From Nitrospirota bacterium (GTDB lineage: Bacteria > Nitrospirota > JACRHJ01): a stretch of DNA of 64,000 bases. A program made the translations under genes and the position numbers. The stretch lies in NCBI GenBank assembly GCA_963845245.1, contig CAWJRJ010000020.1:133314-197313 (forward strand). Reading direction: 5' to 3'. Numbering within the stretch: position 1 is the stretch's first letter; every line of letters begins with the position of its first letter. This document shows, piece after piece, positions 44,062-60,197 of this stretch. The notes beneath the pieces are model-generated. The model searched no databases. It saw nothing but the letters and a program-made list of their open reading frames with translations, and was not told the origin of the DNA.

Positions 44062-44204
44062 AAGGCTTTTCCTCAACAATTACCAAGAGTTTAGGTATTT
44101 TACCAAAGGGACACAAAAAGTCAAGCACAAAGTTTTTGCTTGATTTCAATACCTTCAATAGATGATAATCCAAATCATTATAAAACCAATCCAAAGGCGG
44201 CTAG

Positions 44205-45581
44205 ATGAACGATACCATACTGCTTGTCGATGATGAGGCACATACCAGGGAAGCCCTTTCGCTGCTCTTGGGCAGGGAAGGCTATAATGTCATCACTGCG
44301 GCTAGCGGTGAGGACGGTATAGACAGCCTGGGCAAGAATATCGTGGACATCGTTATCAGCGACCTCATGATGCCTCGCGTATCCGGCATGGAACTCCTGC
44401 AGTACGCGAAGAAAAACCACCCAGAGGTCATGGTCATCATGATAACCGGCCACGCCTCCCTCGAATCCGCAATAGCCGCCATGAAAGAAGGGGCGTTCGA
44501 CTACATCACCAAGCCAATAAAGATAGATGAGGTAAGGATCACTATCCAGAAAGCGCTGGAAAAGAGGAACCTGCTCCTTGAAAACATCCAGCTCAGGCAG
44601 CAGCTAAAAGGCAAATACAGGTTCGAGAACCTGGTGGGAACAAGCAAAGCCATGCAGGAAGTTTTCTCCCTGATGGAAAAGGTGGTCAACTCTGATAGCA
44701 CAGTGCTTATACAGGGAGAGTCCGGTACCGGCAAGGAGCTTGTAGCGAAGGCCATACATTATAACGGTCCACGCAAAGACAAACCGTTTGTAGCAATTAA
44801 TTGCGCGGCTATTCCGCACGAACTGCTCGAGTCCGAACTCTTCGGCCATGTGAAGGGCTCGTTCACCGGCGCCGTTTCAAACAAGTCCGGCAAATTCGAA
44901 CAGGCCAATACGGGCACCTTGCTGCTTGATGAGATCGGGAGCATGACGCTTTCGCTCCAGGGAAAGATACTGCGGGTACTTCAGGAAAGGGAGATCGAGC
45001 GCGTTGGCGGCGCAAAACCCATGAAGGTGGACGTCAGGATTATATCGGCTACGAACGTAGACCTTGAAAAGGCCGTCAAGGACGGACAGTTCCGCGAAGA
45101 CCTCTACTACCGGCTGCATGTTATCCCGATAAGACTTCCGGCCCTCAGGGAGCGTGCCGAGGACATACCGCTACTCGTCGCACATTTCATAAAAAAATAT
45201 AACGATAAATTGAAGAAAAATATAACGGGGCTTGCCGCGGGCGTAATGGATAGCCTTGTAGCTTATGAATGGCCGGGCAATATACGGGAGCTTGAAAATG
45301 CCATCGAACGGGCGATAACACTGACAGACGGTGATTATATACAGGAAAGTGCCTTACCCCAGTCGATTACAATGGCCACGCAACACACGTTTTTCAACAC
45401 CGCTCCCATGATACCGGACAAGGGTACGGATCTTGATCGGGAGATTGAAGGCTTTGAGGCAGTTATGATAACAACGGCTTTAAAGAAGGCAGGCGGAGTC
45501 AAGAGCAAGGCGGCCGACCTCCTTAACATAAAGAGGACAACCCTGATAGAAAAAATGAGAAGGCTGCGTATTTTAAGCTGA
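44205..45581 (+). CDS. Sigma54-dependent response regulator (NtrC family)
   Basis: Receiver domain, [24 protein letters not shown], Fis HTH. Confidence 0.95.
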   Translation: MNDTILLVDDEAHTREALSLLLGREGYNVITAASGEDGIDSLGKNIVDIVISDLMMPRVSGMELLQYAKKNHPEVMVIMITGHASLESAIAAMKEGAFDYITKPIKIDEVRITIQKALEKRNLLLENIQLRQQLKGKYRFENLVGTSKAMQEVFSLMEKVVNSDSTVLIQGESGTGKELVAKAIHYNGPRKDKPFVAINCAAIPHELLESELFGHVKGSFTGAVSNKSGKFEQANTGTLLLDEIGSMTLSLQGKILRVLQEREIERVGGAKPMKVDVRIISATNVDLEKAVKDGQFREDLYYRLHVIPIRLPALRERAEDIPLLVAHFIKKYNDKLKKNITGLAAGVMDSLVAYEWPGNIRELENAIERAITLTDGDYIQESALPQSITMATQHTFFNTAPMIPDKGTDLDREIEGFEAVMITTALKKAGGVKSKAADLLNIKRTTLIEKMRRLRILS

Positions 45582-45589
45582 CAGTGGTA

Positions 45590-45685
45590 TTAATAACCTG
45601 CCCACACCCTCTGGAGGCTCGTAAGCAGGTAGAAGAACGCGGCCAAAGCTAATATCTCTTTCCCTATCCCCAAGTCTCTTGCCAT
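45590..45685 (-). CDS. Small putative membrane peptide (31 aa)
   Basis: GGAGGT 5 nt before ATG; MARDLGIGKEILALAAFFYLLTSLQRVWAGY. Confidence 0.5.
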   Translation of the reverse strand: MARDLGIGKEILALAAFFYLLTSLQRVWAGY

Positions 45686-45806
45686 ATCATACCTCCCGCC
45701 GTAGAAATACAGCCAAAACCATCTCGGCCTTCCTTATAAACTGCCCCCAGTATATAGATGAATAATTAAATGCCGGTTAAAAAAAAATTAAAATTTATTA
45801 ATAAAT

Positions 45807-45836
45807 AGAAAAAGGCGCCCTTAGGGCGCCTTTTCT
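45807..45836. terminator. Intrinsic terminator after ahcY (potentially bidirectional)
   Basis: AGAAAAAGGCGCCC-TTA-GGGCGCCTTTTCT. Confidence 0.85.
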
Positions 45837-45862
45837 CAAATAAATCAACAAAAAAGCTAAAG

Positions 45863-48269
<2,407 letters not shown>

Positions 48270-48270
<1 letters not shown>

Positions 48271-49484
48271 TAACTTGCCTCCTTGGTCATTAGTCCTGTT
48301 ACTATACAATCTAAAAGGTCGCGTGCGGCTTTTTCCTTGGTAACTTCGCCGGTGTCCTTTACCAAACCCTTCCTGCCGAATATCATCAGCCGGTTATATA
48401 TACTCTCAAAGCCAGTCTGGCCGCCGACAAGGTTTGCCGCCAGTAAGTCTAATTTTTTTTCCTTTAGTTTTTTCACGGCATTTGCTTCAAGTTCTTCAGT
48501 TTCCGCCGCGAACCCTATGATCAACTGCCCGTTTTTTTTGTCCTTGCCAAGCTCTTTCAAGATATCTACAGTCTTGACCAAGTCGATCGATGCCACATCG
48601 GCCCCCTTTTTTATCTTCTTGCTGGAAGGGGCCGAGGGCGTATAATCCGCTACGGCTGCAGCCATGATAACTATGTCTGACGAGCTGGACGACCCTTTCA
48701 CGGCATCATACATCTCGGCAGCGCTTCTTACTATTACCGTCTTCCTTACGCCGGCCGGGAGCGCAAGGCCTGTCGGACCCGATACCAGTGTAACAGAAGC
48801 GCCCATCGCAGCAGCCTCTCTTGCAATGGCGTAGCCCATGCGTCCCGAGGAACGGTTCCCTATAAACCTGACTGGGTCGATATCTTCGTATGTCGGCCCA
48901 GCTGTGACTAATACTTTCAGACCTTTCAACTCGTCAGACTTGTCAAGGATCTGGGCCGCCGCCGAAATTATGTCGGCTGGCTCACTCATCCTGCCCCAGC
49001 CGAATTCGTTGCATGCCATCTCGCCCTGCTCAGGGCCGACGATATTTACATTGTAATCTACTAACTTCCTGATGTTCCTTTGAAGGGCGGGATTCTCGTA
49101 CATCCTGCAGTTCATGGAAGGTGCGACAATTACCGGGCATTTTGCAGCCATCAGCATGGTAGAGAGCGGGTCGTCCGCTATGCCTGATGCCATTTTGCCG
49201 ATTATGTTGGCCGTCGCGGGAGCAACAATGAAGATATCTGCCTTTGCGGTAAGCTCTATATGAGAAATGGCACCTTCGGACACTTCGAACAGGTCGGTAC
49301 ATACAGGCCTGCCGGTAAGAGCCCGGAAAGTGACAGGCGTAACAAGTCTGGTTGCGGCGGCTGTCATTACAACCGTAACAGACGCGCCTTCAGCCTTGAG
49401 CCCGCGTACAAGCTCTGCCGACTTGTATGCCGCTATCCCGCCGGTAATGCCAAGCAGAACCTCTTTTCCGCTTAACCCTGGCAT
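48270..49484 (-). CDS. coaBC: Phosphopantothenoylcysteine decarboxylase/ligase
   Basis: [28 protein letters not shown] motifs. Confidence 0.95.
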
Positions 49485-49903
49485 TACTCCTCGAAGTCTT
49501 CCACGTCCTCGTCAAATGATTCGTCTTCGTCAACGGCCTCTATCTCGGCGTCATCGTGTTCGGAGATCGCGATCGCCTCAGCCTTGTATGCTTCCTTTAT
49601 ATCTTCCATCTTCTCGAGTGAGGTTGCAGCCGCCTCCTCCATGCTTTCGTGGGCCAGCCTCTCGCGCCTCATCCGGTACTCGAACTCCCTGGCCCTCCTG
49701 GCATCATCTCCCGTGAGGTATTTGAGTTTACCTTCAATGGCCTCCTGAAGGGCAACGGTTATGTTCTTCACATACTTGCTTTTCACCAGGGGCTGCGAGC
49801 CCTCAGTGAGCTGACGTCCCCTCTGAGCCACGGCCAGCACCAGCCTGAAGCGGCTGTCAACCATATCTTTTTCATACTCGATAGGGAGCTTGATGATATC
49901 CAA
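49484..49903 (-). CDS. rpoZ: RNA polymerase omega subunit with acidic tail
   Basis: DSRFRLVLAVAQRGRQL; located between gmk and coaBC. Confidence 0.85.
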   Translation of the reverse strand: MDIIKLPIEYEKDMVDSRFRLVLAVAQRGRQLTEGSQPLVKSKYVKNITVALQEAIEGKLKYLTGDDARRAREFEYRMRRERLAHESMEEAAATSLEKMEDIKEAYKAEAIAISEHDDAEIEAVDEDESFDEDVEDFEE

Positions 49904-49917
49904 TTTTTACTACCTCC

Positions 49918-51434
<1,517 letters not shown>

Positions 51435-51548
51435 TCTCGATTGCCTCGTAAATTAGCAATCATATTACAAATTTTTTGCTTTGTCAACGAATTGCTTTCG
51501 TGTTATTTTACTAAAACGATAGGGAAAAGGGGGTTGTTTTTGTCTGAT

Positions 51549-52372
51549 ATGACGTGGAGGATAATCGATTCCGGGCCGGGAACGCCGCCTGGAATATGGC
51601 GCTCGACGAGGCGCTTCTCTTGGCCGCCTCAGAGGAAGGCTTCACTCCAACCTTGCGTTTTTTCTCATGGGACAGGCCTTCTCTTTCGATAGGCTCGTTT
51701 CAGAAGGCGCAAGAGCTTGATTTATCTAAGGTTAAAGAGACGGGCGTCCCTCTAGTACGCCGTCCGACCGGCGGCAGGGCCGTCCTGCACGACGCCGAAC
51801 TTACCTACAGCATCACCTGCCCCATACCAAGCACTTTCTTCCCTTCAGATCTGCTCGGTTCATACAACATGATAGGCTCCTGCTTCGTGCGAGGACTGAA
51901 AGCACTTGGCATCGAAGCCGGACTCTACCCGTTACGCAGGGACGGAAAACACGCCCAGTCCGGGCACAACCCGCTATGTTTTTCCTCGCCTTCATGGTAT
52001 GAGGTTCTGATCGACAACAAGAAACTCATCGGGAGTGCACAAAGGAGGCTCAAGGGCTCGTTCCTTCAGCAGGGGTCGCTGCTGATCGAGCTCGATATAC
52101 CGGCCATTCTCTCATTTCAGCAGTTCAAGGATGATGAGGCGCGTACAAAAGCGCAGGCGGGGCTTATCCAAAAGATGACCGCCCTTCACGAGCACGCATC
52201 CGGCATCGGCATTGAGAAACTAAAGGGTGCGCTGGTCAAGGGGTTCGGAGATGAAATGGGTGCGGTTTGCAGCCCGGGAGAAGTTACGAAAGAAGAGTCC
52301 GCGCTTGCGGAAAGACTGTTTGAGGACAAATATTCAAGAGATAGCTGGAACCTTTACAGGGAAAAACTATAA
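51549..52372 (+). CDS. Lipoate-protein ligase / LipM-like octanoyltransferase; N-terminal frameshift
   Basis: NMALDEA, RRPTGGRAVLH, KLIGSAQ motifs. Confidence 0.88.
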
Positions 52373-52400
52373 AAGAAGCCCGGGAAACCGGGCTTCTTTT
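52371..52400. terminator. Bidirectional terminator between convergent genes
   Basis: AAAAGAAGCCCGG-GAAA-CCGGGCTTCTTTT. Confidence 0.88.
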
Positions 52401-52421
52401 ATATATTAAGATAGAGTAGCG

Positions 52422-54860
52422 TTACACTTCGGCGAATACTTCGAGCTTTACCTCCTCGAACACCACCGAACCGTCCTGCATCTTCGCCCTTATCTTGCCG
52501 CCTTCCTTGAACCTTCCCTTCAGCATCTCCTCGGAGAACGGGTCTTCGATGACCTTCTGGATTGCGCGCCTGAGCGGCCTGGCCCCGTAGGAGGGCTGGA
52601 AGTTGTTCTTGATTATCCACTCCTTGACCTCCGTGTCCACTTCAAGCTGCAGGTCCTGCTCAAGCAGGAGCCTGTTCAGGTCGTCTATCAGCAGGTCTAT
52701 TATCTTCAGGAGCTGGTCGTTATCGAGCGGGTGGAAGACTATAATGTCGTCGATCCTGTTAAGGAATTCAGGGTTGAAGGCGTGTTTCAGCTCGCCCATG
52801 ACCTTGTCCGACATTGCCTTCTGGTCCGTACCAGCATTCATTGTCTGGAACCCGAGGTTCACGTTCTTGTCGATGAGCCGCGCACCGAGGTTCGAGGTCA
52901 TTATAAGTACGGTGTTCTTGAAATCGACCTTACGACCGTAGCTGTCCGTGAGCTGGCCGTCGTCCAGCACCTGGAGCATTATGTTGAATAGGTCGGGGTG
53001 CGCCTTCTCGATTTCGTCCAGAAGGACTACCGAATACGGCCTTCTCCTTACCTTTTCGGTGAGCTGCCCGCCCTCTTCATACCCGACATATCCGGGAGGT
53101 GCGCCCGTAAGCCTGGACACGGTGAACTTCTCCATGAACTCCGACATGTCCACCCTGATAAGGGCATCCTCGTTGTCAAAGAGAAATTCGGCAAGCACCC
53201 TGGCAAGCTCGGTCTTACCGACGCCGGTGGGGCCCAGGAAGATAAAGGAACCGATCGGTTTCTTGCGGTTCTTTATCCCGGCCCTTGAACGCCTGATCGC
53301 CCTCGAAACCGCCTTGATGGCCTCGTCCTGACCCACGATCCTCTTGTGGAGGTACTCTTCCATCCTCAGAAGCTTTGACGACTCCTTTTCCTCGAGCTTT
53401 ATGAGGGGGATACCGGTAATCTTGGAGACTATCCCAGCTATCTCCTCCTCGCCTATCACTGGCTGGACCTTGTCCTGGGCCTCACGCCACAGACGTTGTT
53501 CCTCCTCGAACTGATCTTTGAGCCTTTCCTCTTCACGGGTGAAGTATTCGGCCTTCTCGTTGTCCTGCAGCCGAATGAACAGGTTTTTGTTCTTGGCGGC
53601 CTTCTTCATCTCCCGCTCGACTTCTTTCAAGTCGGACGGCAGGGTGTATTTCTGGAGCTTGGCCCTGGAGCCGGCCTCGTCGATTATGTCAATTGCCTTG
53701 TCAGGCAGGAAACGGTCGGTTATATACCTGTCCGAGAGCTTGACCGATGCCTCGACTGCGTCATCTTCGTATTTTACCTTGTGGTGCGCCTCGTATTTAT
53801 GGCGCAGGCCGTGGAGTATCTTTACCGTCTCCTCCAGGCTCGGCGGCTGGACGTGGATCGGCTGGAAGCGTCTCTCAAGCGCGCCGTCTTTCTCTATATG
53901 CTTTCTGTATTCGTCAAGCGTCGTGGCGCCTATGCACTGTATCTCACCCCTTGACAGAGCGGGCTTCAACATGCTTGAAGCATCTACGGAACCTTCCGCT
54001 GCCCCTGCCCCGACAAGAGTATGGAGTTCATCTATGAATATTATTATGTTCTCGGCCTGGGATATCTCCTTCATCACAACTTTAAGCCGTTCTTCGAACT
54101 GGCCGCGGTATTTGGTGCCGGCTATGAGCGAGCCCAGGTCGAGTGCGACAAGTCTACGGTTTGCGAGGTTCTCGGGGACGTCGTCGTTCACGATGCGCTG
54201 TGCGAGACCCTCGACGATTGCGGTCTTGCCCACTCCAGGCTCGCCTATCAGGACCGGGTTGTTCTTCGTCCTGCGCGAGAGTATCTGCATTACCCGCTCA
54301 ATCTCGTCGTCACGTCCGATTACCGGGTCGAGCTTGCCGTCGCGCGCAAGCTGCGTAAGGTCACGCCCGAATTCGTCAAGAGCCGGGGTCGGGCTTTTCT
54401 TCTCTTTGGAGGCCTGACCGGGGTTCCTGCGGACAAAGTTGATAGTCAACTGCCTTGCACCAAGCAGGTGCGCGCCCAGGTTCCTTAGTATCTTGCCGCC
54501 GATGCCTTCTTCTTCACGGATAATGCCGAGCAGGAGATGTTCGCTCCCGACATAATTATGACCTAGAAGTCTTGCCTCTTCTATGGCGAGCTCAAGCACT
54601 TTTTTCGCACGGGGTGTGAAAGGGATCTCGCCGAAGGCAAGGTTGCCCATACCGCCTGGAAGGTTCCTCTCCACTTCCATCCGCACCTGTTCGGTGTTGA
54701 GCCCAAGCTTGCGGAGGACAGCCACGGGAATCCCGTCATCCTCCCTCAATAGCCCAAGGAGCAGGTGTTCGGTACCGAGGTAATCGTTCTGATGGCGCTC
54801 GGCCTCTTCCCTGGCAAAAATTATAACCTTTCTGCCTCTGTCAGTGAATTTTTCAAACAT
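52422..54860 (-). CDS. clpC: ATP-dependent Clp protease ATP-binding subunit (ClpC-type)
   Basis: Clp N repeats, two AAA modules ([16 protein letters not shown]), short middle domain. Confidence 0.92.
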   Translation of the reverse strand: MFEKFTDRGRKVIIFAREEAERHQNDYLGTEHLLLGLLREDDGIPVAVLRKLGLNTEQVRMEVERNLPGGMGNLAFGEIPFTPRAKKVLELAIEEARLLGHNYVGSEHLLLGIIREEEGIGGKILRNLGAHLLGARQLTINFVRRNPGQASKEKKSPTPALDEFGRDLTQLARDGKLDPVIGRDDEIERVMQILSRRTKNNPVLIGEPGVGKTAIVEGLAQRIVNDDVPENLANRRLVALDLGSLIAGTKYRGQFEERLKVVMKEISQAENIIIFIDELHTLVGAGAAEGSVDASSMLKPALSRGEIQCIGATTLDEYRKHIEKDGALERRFQPIHVQPPSLEETVKILHGLRHKYEAHHKVKYEDDAVEASVKLSDRYITDRFLPDKAIDIIDEAGSRAKLQKYTLPSDLKEVEREMKKAAKNKNLFIRLQDNEKAEYFTREEERLKDQFEEEQRLWREAQDKVQPVIGEEEIAGIVSKITGIPLIKLEEKESSKLLRMEEYLHKRIVGQDEAIKAVSRAIRRSRAGIKNRKKPIGSFIFLGPTGVGKTELARVLAEFLFDNEDALIRVDMSEFMEKFTVSRLTGAPPGYVGYEEGGQLTEKVRRRPYSVVLLDEIEKAHPDLFNIMLQVLDDGQLTDSYGRKVDFKNTVLIMTSNLGARLIDKNVNLGFQTMNAGTDQKAMSDKVMGELKHAFNPEFLNRIDDIIVFHPLDNDQLLKIIDLLIDDLNRLLLEQDLQLEVDTEVKEWIIKNNFQPSYGARPLRRAIQKVIEDPFSEEMLKGRFKEGGKIRAKMQDGSVVFEEVKLEVFAEV

Positions 54861-54896
54861 CTTGGGACTCCGTCCATTTAAACATCATTTAGAGTT

Positions 54897-54925
54897 ATAT
54901 TAAAAGCTTTACCCATGAATGTCAA
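54897..54925 (-). promoter_or_regulatory. Sigma70 promoter of clpC
   Basis: TTGACA-17 nt-TAATAT. Confidence 0.6.
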
Positions 54926-54972
54926 GGGGTTTAAGTCACACCATTAACGTTATCCTTACAAAACAGCCCCTA

Positions 54973-55004
54973 TTGTAAACCAGAAATCAATTTAAAGTTG
55001 ACAT
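54973..55004 (+). promoter_or_regulatory. BirA operator overlapping the -35 of the bio promoter
   Basis: TTGTAAAC-N16-GTTGACAT palindrome; TTGACA-17-TAATCT promoter. Confidence 0.7.
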
Positions 55005-55105
55005 TTATCCATTTCAACCTTAATCTACCCGTAATCTAATTATATCGCATCCTGAAAAAAGGGCCTTATTTTTTATCATATCGGAATAATTGCAATGAGG
55101 ATTAA

Positions 55106-56080
55106 TTGAAGACGAACCTATTTAAACAGATAACCCAGACACCCGACGGTCTCGACAGAGATTCCGTCAACCATTTTCTGTCCATGCTCGACGAGTCCCC
55201 CTGGGAAGCCATACATATGGCCGGAAAACAACGGGCTGCGGCCTTTGGAAATAAGGTCGATGCATGTTCAATCATAAACGCACGTTCGGGCAATTGTACC
55301 GAGGACTGTGCCTTCTGCGCCCAGTCGGCCCACCACCAGGCCGAGGCGGACATATACAAGCTTCTCCCAAAAGCCAAAATAGTGGAAACGGCCCAAAAAG
55401 CATACAACAACGGCGTCAGACGGTTCTGTATCGTAACCTCCGGGCGCGGGATAGACTCGGAAGGAGAACTTTCTGTAATCGCTTCCTGCGTAGAGAGTAT
55501 AAGGAAGATCGGAATCCAGCCGTGCGCAACATTGGGGACGCTTGACCGTGGTCAGCTCAAGACTCTGAAGGATGCCGGACTGAACCGCTTTCACCACAAC
55601 ATTGAGACATCAAGACGATTTTTCCCCAACATATGTACTACCCACGATTACGACGAACGGATCGCCACCTTGAACGATGCAAAGGATGTCGGTTTGTCAC
55701 TATGCAGCGGCGGAATCATGGGACTCGGCGAGACCATGGAAGACAGAGCGGACATGGCCTTTGCGCTGAGGGATATCGGGGTGGACTCCGTCCCGATCAA
55801 CTTCCTGATGCCCATTCCCGGCACACCGCTTGAAGGCGCGGACTTCATGACCCCTCTGGAAGCCCTCATGACTATTGCGCTGTTCCGCATGATACTGCCG
55901 GACAAAGAGATACGTATCTGCGGCGGCAGGATTTCCGCGCTACGCGACCTGCACCCGATGATATTCAATGCCGGGGCAAACGGGCTTCTGATGGGCGATT
56001 ACCTAACTACAAGAGGACGTGACTATGCGATGGACCACCGGATGCTCGAAGACCTTGGCCTGAAACTGGCAGATGGATAA
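55106..56080 (+). CDS. bioB: Biotin synthase
   Basis: CTEDCAFCAQS, HHNIET, CSGGIMG, VPINFL, GDYLT motifs. Confidence 0.95.
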   Translation: MKTNLFKQITQTPDGLDRDSVNHFLSMLDESPWEAIHMAGKQRAAAFGNKVDACSIINARSGNCTEDCAFCAQSAHHQAEADIYKLLPKAKIVETAQKAYNNGVRRFCIVTSGRGIDSEGELSVIASCVESIRKIGIQPCATLGTLDRGQLKTLKDAGLNRFHHNIETSRRFFPNICTTHDYDERIATLNDAKDVGLSLCSGGIMGLGETMEDRADMAFALRDIGVDSVPINFLMPIPGTPLEGADFMTPLEALMTIALFRMILPDKEIRICGGRISALRDLHPMIFNAGANGLLMGDYLTTRGRDYAMDHRMLEDLGLKLADG

Positions 56081-56837
56081 GAAGCTTTTCTCCATAAGGA
56101 TGCGTGCCTCAAAAGGGGATATTCATATATCCGGCGCCGAGAGGATAGTAAGCGAAAGAGACATTGACAACGCCGTCTCCGGACTTGTTTCTAGGGCCAA
56201 CACCCATAAGCGGGGCATCCCCACAAATATTACTATAACAATCGATTCTCTTGAGGGACGTGAAATACTGCCCCTCCCTCCCCTGCCTGTTCGCTCGCTC
56301 TATGCAAGCGAGGTTTCTGTCGGCCGTGAACAGGCGATTGCCGAGCTTATCAAGGCAGGTGTAACCGAGACGGCCGCGATGTCGGCAATAGCAGCAATTA
56401 CCGCCGGGAATTCAAGGCACGGCGCTATAATTATGGACTCACTATTCGGTAACCGACTTGATACGGACGGAGCCAAAGGCATAAGGGCAAGGTCGGTAGA
56501 CTATGATGAATCTTACCTTCCAATCATAACGCGCGATATTGAATCCGCGGGTCTTAGCAGAAGCCGTATTGCAGACGCCCTCGCTCTCGCAACAAAGGTT
56601 GCGGGCGCACCTGGTGCCGTGGCCGAGCTTTGCATATCTGACGACCCAGGTTACATTACCGGATATGTAGCATCCCCAAAATACGGATACATCAGGATAA
56701 CGCCGCTGAAATCGGAAGGAGACTTCGCCGGAGGGCGGGTATTTTTCGTGGACAGAGACAGGTTCAACCTTGGAGCCTATACCACATACATGCGCGAGAC
56801 GCCGGTGCTTGTCTGTGGAGATTTTAGAATTCAATGA
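56073..56837 (+). CDS. bioW: 6-carboxyhexanoate-CoA ligase
   Basis: SIRMRAS..HISGAERI, ALALATKV, ELCISDDPGYITGYVA motifs. Confidence 0.92.
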   Translation: MDKKLFSIRMRASKGDIHISGAERIVSERDIDNAVSGLVSRANTHKRGIPTNITITIDSLEGREILPLPPLPVRSLYASEVSVGREQAIAELIKAGVTETAAMSAIAAITAGNSRHGAIIMDSLFGNRLDTDGAKGIRARSVDYDESYLPIITRDIESAGLSRSRIADALALATKVAGAPGAVAELCISDDPGYITGYVASPKYGYIRITPLKSEGDFAGGRVFFVDRDRFNLGAYTTYMRETPVLVCGDFRIQ

Positions 56838-57982
56838 CATCAAACTACACAGATCGGCTAAAAGAACTCAATAAAAAAACCCTCCTGCGCAAGCTGAAGA
56901 CGGTCGAAAACCTGCGCGGCATAAAGGCAACGGTTGACGGCAGGAAATGCACCCTTTTCTGCACGAACGACTACCTTGGCCTCTCGGCACACCCGGCTAT
57001 CAAGGCGGCGGCAAACAAGGCAATCGAGGAATCTGGCTTCGGTTCTGGTTCAGCTCCTCTGATTGCTGGTAATGGCAGCTATCACGCCAGACTTTCTGCG
57101 GACATATCGGCCTTCAAAGGTTCAGAATCCTCCCTACTTTTCGGATCCGGTTATATCGCCAACACATCCATAATCCCGGCCCTTGCAGGCAGAAGCGACG
57201 CAATCATCAGTGACAGCCTGAACCACGCCAGCATCATAGACGGCTGCCGCCTCTCAAATGCTGATGTCAAAATATACGACCACTGCAACACAGACTCGCT
57301 CGCCGAATGCCTTACCCAGTCAAAAGACTTCGAACGAAGGCTGATTATTACAGAGGGCGTCTTCAGCATGGACGGGGATATTACACCGCTGCCGGAGATA
57401 ATAGAACTGGCAGATGAGTACGATGCGATGGTGCTGATCGACGAGGCCCATGCGACGGGCACGATAGGGCCATCAGGACGCGGCACACTGGAACATTTCA
57501 ATATCAAGTCCAACAGGATTATCCAGATGGGCACACTCGGAAAAGCGTTGGGCTCGTTCGGCGCATTCGCAGCATCAAACAGAGATACCGTAGACTGGCT
57601 CATCAACAGCGCACGCGGTTTCATTTTCTCCACCGCGCTCCCTCCCTCGGCATGCGCCGCAGCCTCCGCAGCGCTCAGGATAATTATTGACGAGCCGGAT
57701 AGGCTGACCCGTCTTAAAGCAAACTCCGATACTTTACGATCTTCCTTGGAAAGCATGGGTTTCAAGGTACTCGGCGGCGGCACCCCGATAGTACCGGTTG
57801 TTACAGGCGGCGCGGAAGAGACATTGAAACTCTCGTCATATCTACTGGAAAGCGGCTTCTATGCGCCTGCAATAAGGCCGCCTACTGTGCCGGAAAATGA
57901 GTGCCGGTTGAGGCTGACGGTGTCGGCTCTCCATACCCGTGCGGATATAGAGGCCCTTCTGGATGTATTCAGGAAAGCATGA
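56834..57982 (+). CDS. bioF: 8-amino-7-oxononanoate synthase
   Basis: NDYLGL, NHASIIDG, SMDGD, DEAH, TLGKA, IRPPTVP motifs. Confidence 0.95.
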   Translation: MTSNYTDRLKELNKKTLLRKLKTVENLRGIKATVDGRKCTLFCTNDYLGLSAHPAIKAAANKAIEESGFGSGSAPLIAGNGSYHARLSADISAFKGSESSLLFGSGYIANTSIIPALAGRSDAIISDSLNHASIIDGCRLSNADVKIYDHCNTDSLAECLTQSKDFERRLIITEGVFSMDGDITPLPEIIELADEYDAMVLIDEAHATGTIGPSGRGTLEHFNIKSNRIIQMGTLGKALGSFGAFAASNRDTVDWLINSARGFIFSTALPPSACAAASAALRIIIDEPDRLTRLKANSDTLRSSLESMGFKVLGGGTPIVPVVTGGAEETLKLSSYLLESGFYAPAIRPPTVPENECRLRLTVSALHTRADIEALLDVFRKA

Positions 57983-58709
57983 ACAGGAAATCGATAATCA
58001 TAACCGGGGCCTCAAGGGGCCTTGGCCGCGCCGTGGCCCTCAAGTTCGGTAGAGAAGGCTGGGCAGTGGTCGTCAACTACAATGCCTCAAAATCATCTGC
58101 GGACGAGGTAGTGGCCGAGATAACCAGGTCTGGCGGCGCTGGCATTGCCGTAAAGGCCGACGTACGAATTTACTCTGAAGTCGAAGCCATGATAAACGAG
58201 ACAATAAGTCGGTTTCGGCCGCATCGATGCGTTGATAAACAATGCCGGGACCGGAACGGGCGGACTGATGCTGAAGCTGTCTGAACAGACATGGGACGAT
58301 GTTATCGATATTAACCTAAAGGGCAGTTTCAATACCATCAAGGCCGTCTCACGCATTATGATGAAACAGCGCTCCGGACATATAATAAACATATCGTCGA
58401 TACTCGGAGTCCGGGGCAAGACGGGACAGGCGGCATATTCCTCATCAAAGGCAGGGCTGATCGGCCTGACAAAGGCTGCGGCGGTGGAGCTTGCGCCGCG
58501 CGGCATACAGGTGAACGCGGTACTGCCCGGCTATATGCTGACGGACATGGGGTCGGCGGCCTCAGAGAAGGCCAAAGAAGAAGCACTTCAAGACAACCTG
58601 CTAAAGCAGTATTCCGACCCTGCCGAGGTCGCGGATTTCATTTATCATCTTGACGGGTATGAAGGCCGTATCCGGCCAGGTGTTCAACCTCGACAGCCGG
58701 ATAATCTAA
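57979..58709 (+). CDS. FabG-like SDR (3-oxoacyl-ACP reductase); two frameshifts
   Basis: TGASRGLG, NNAG, YSSSK; ATGA-coupled to bioF. Confidence 0.85.
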
Positions 58710-58710
58710 C

Positions 58711-60197
58711 TTATTTCTTCCGCCACGAGCTTCCCGCTCACGAACGCAGCCGGTACTCCGCCGGGGTTCATCGTCCAGTGGCCTGCCATTAAAAGCCCGG
58801 TATCGGCGTCTTGATAGAAAGCTTGTGCTGCTGGTCGGCAGCCATCGACCATCCGGACGACGCGCCCAGGTAGTTCATCGTGTACCGCTCAAACGTGTGC
58901 GGGCTCGCAACAACCTTTACCTCTATCTTATCCTTAAGGCCGGGTATCGCTTCCGCCGCGATGTCAACAAGGTAGTCGCCTATCTTCTCCTTGACGGCAC
59001 GGTATGCGTCCTTCTTCCCGCCTGCCCGAACCGGGCAGCCGGACATGAAGGTGCATGACGCGGTCATCCCGAGTATCACGATGCCCTTGCCTTCCGGGCA
59101 AAGAGACGGCTCCAGCACGGACGGCATGCCTATCCCCAGCGCATCACCGCCCAGCATCGGGAATGATTTCCTGTCCATATTCTTAGGGAAATACCAGATC
59201 GGCGTGCCGTCGAAACCCATCGCCTTCAGGTCCATGTCCACGCCCAGGTATACATAGAAGAACGACTCGGACGCCTTCCACTCCTCAACCGATGCAGTGA
59301 ACTCTTTCGGCAGGTGCTCCCTGTCGACCATATTCAAAAAAGTATTCTTCGCGTCGCCTGCGGATATCACGGTACTTGAGTGGAATGCCTCTCCGCCCTT
59401 GAGCATCACACCGGCCGCTTTCTTGTTTTCGACAATTATCTTCTCGGCCTCAGACTTGTACCTTATCTCTCCGCCCTTTGTCAACGAACCTCTCAGCCAG
59501 CGCGTCAGGCACGGCCTGTATCCCGCCGTGCGGATAGTATGCGTCGGAGTCAAGCGTTACGGAATTAAACCAGGAGTAGTGCACGAACGATATGTCCGGG
59601 AAGATCCCATAGGCGTTCAGAGCCTGTCTCAGGGCCGGGTCATTGAAATACCTGGCGATAACGTCCGATGCCTTCTTCTTGTGGTACTTTGCGATCTTGC
59701 CGAACTTGAACGGGAATGTCGCATTGAATATCATCTTGCCAATCGGGGACATCTTGCCCGGCTCAGCTTTGATGAGCCGCCAGAGCTGTTCCTTGGTCTC
59801 ATCCACCTCGTCCCAGAACTTTACCAGACTATCCCTCTCGGCAGGAAATGCCTGGCCAGACTCATCGACTATTGCTTCCTTGCCGAAGCCAGGCTTCATC
59901 TTTTTGCCGTCCAAGCCATACCTCGGGAGGGCCGGGCAGCCTGTCGAACTTCACCTTGTCCGCAAGCCCGAACTCAGTCAGTATCTGCCGGACTATGCCC
60001 CCCTCGCCTGCCTGGCTGATCCAGTGCACGGCGGCGTCGAACCTGTACCCTTGCCGCGTGAACGAACACGCGCATCCGCCGGGGTAATGGTTGCGCTCGA
60101 CTATCAGGACGCGCTTGCCCTTATCGATAAGGTAGTTGCCCGCGACCAGCCCGGCAATGCCCGCGCCTATTATTATTACGTCGTATTTGTCGCTCAT
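58711..60197 (-). CDS. Phytoene desaturase/CrtI-like FAD-dependent oxidoreductase; frameshifts
   Basis: [13 protein letters not shown]...[27 protein letters not shown] motifs. Confidence 0.85.
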
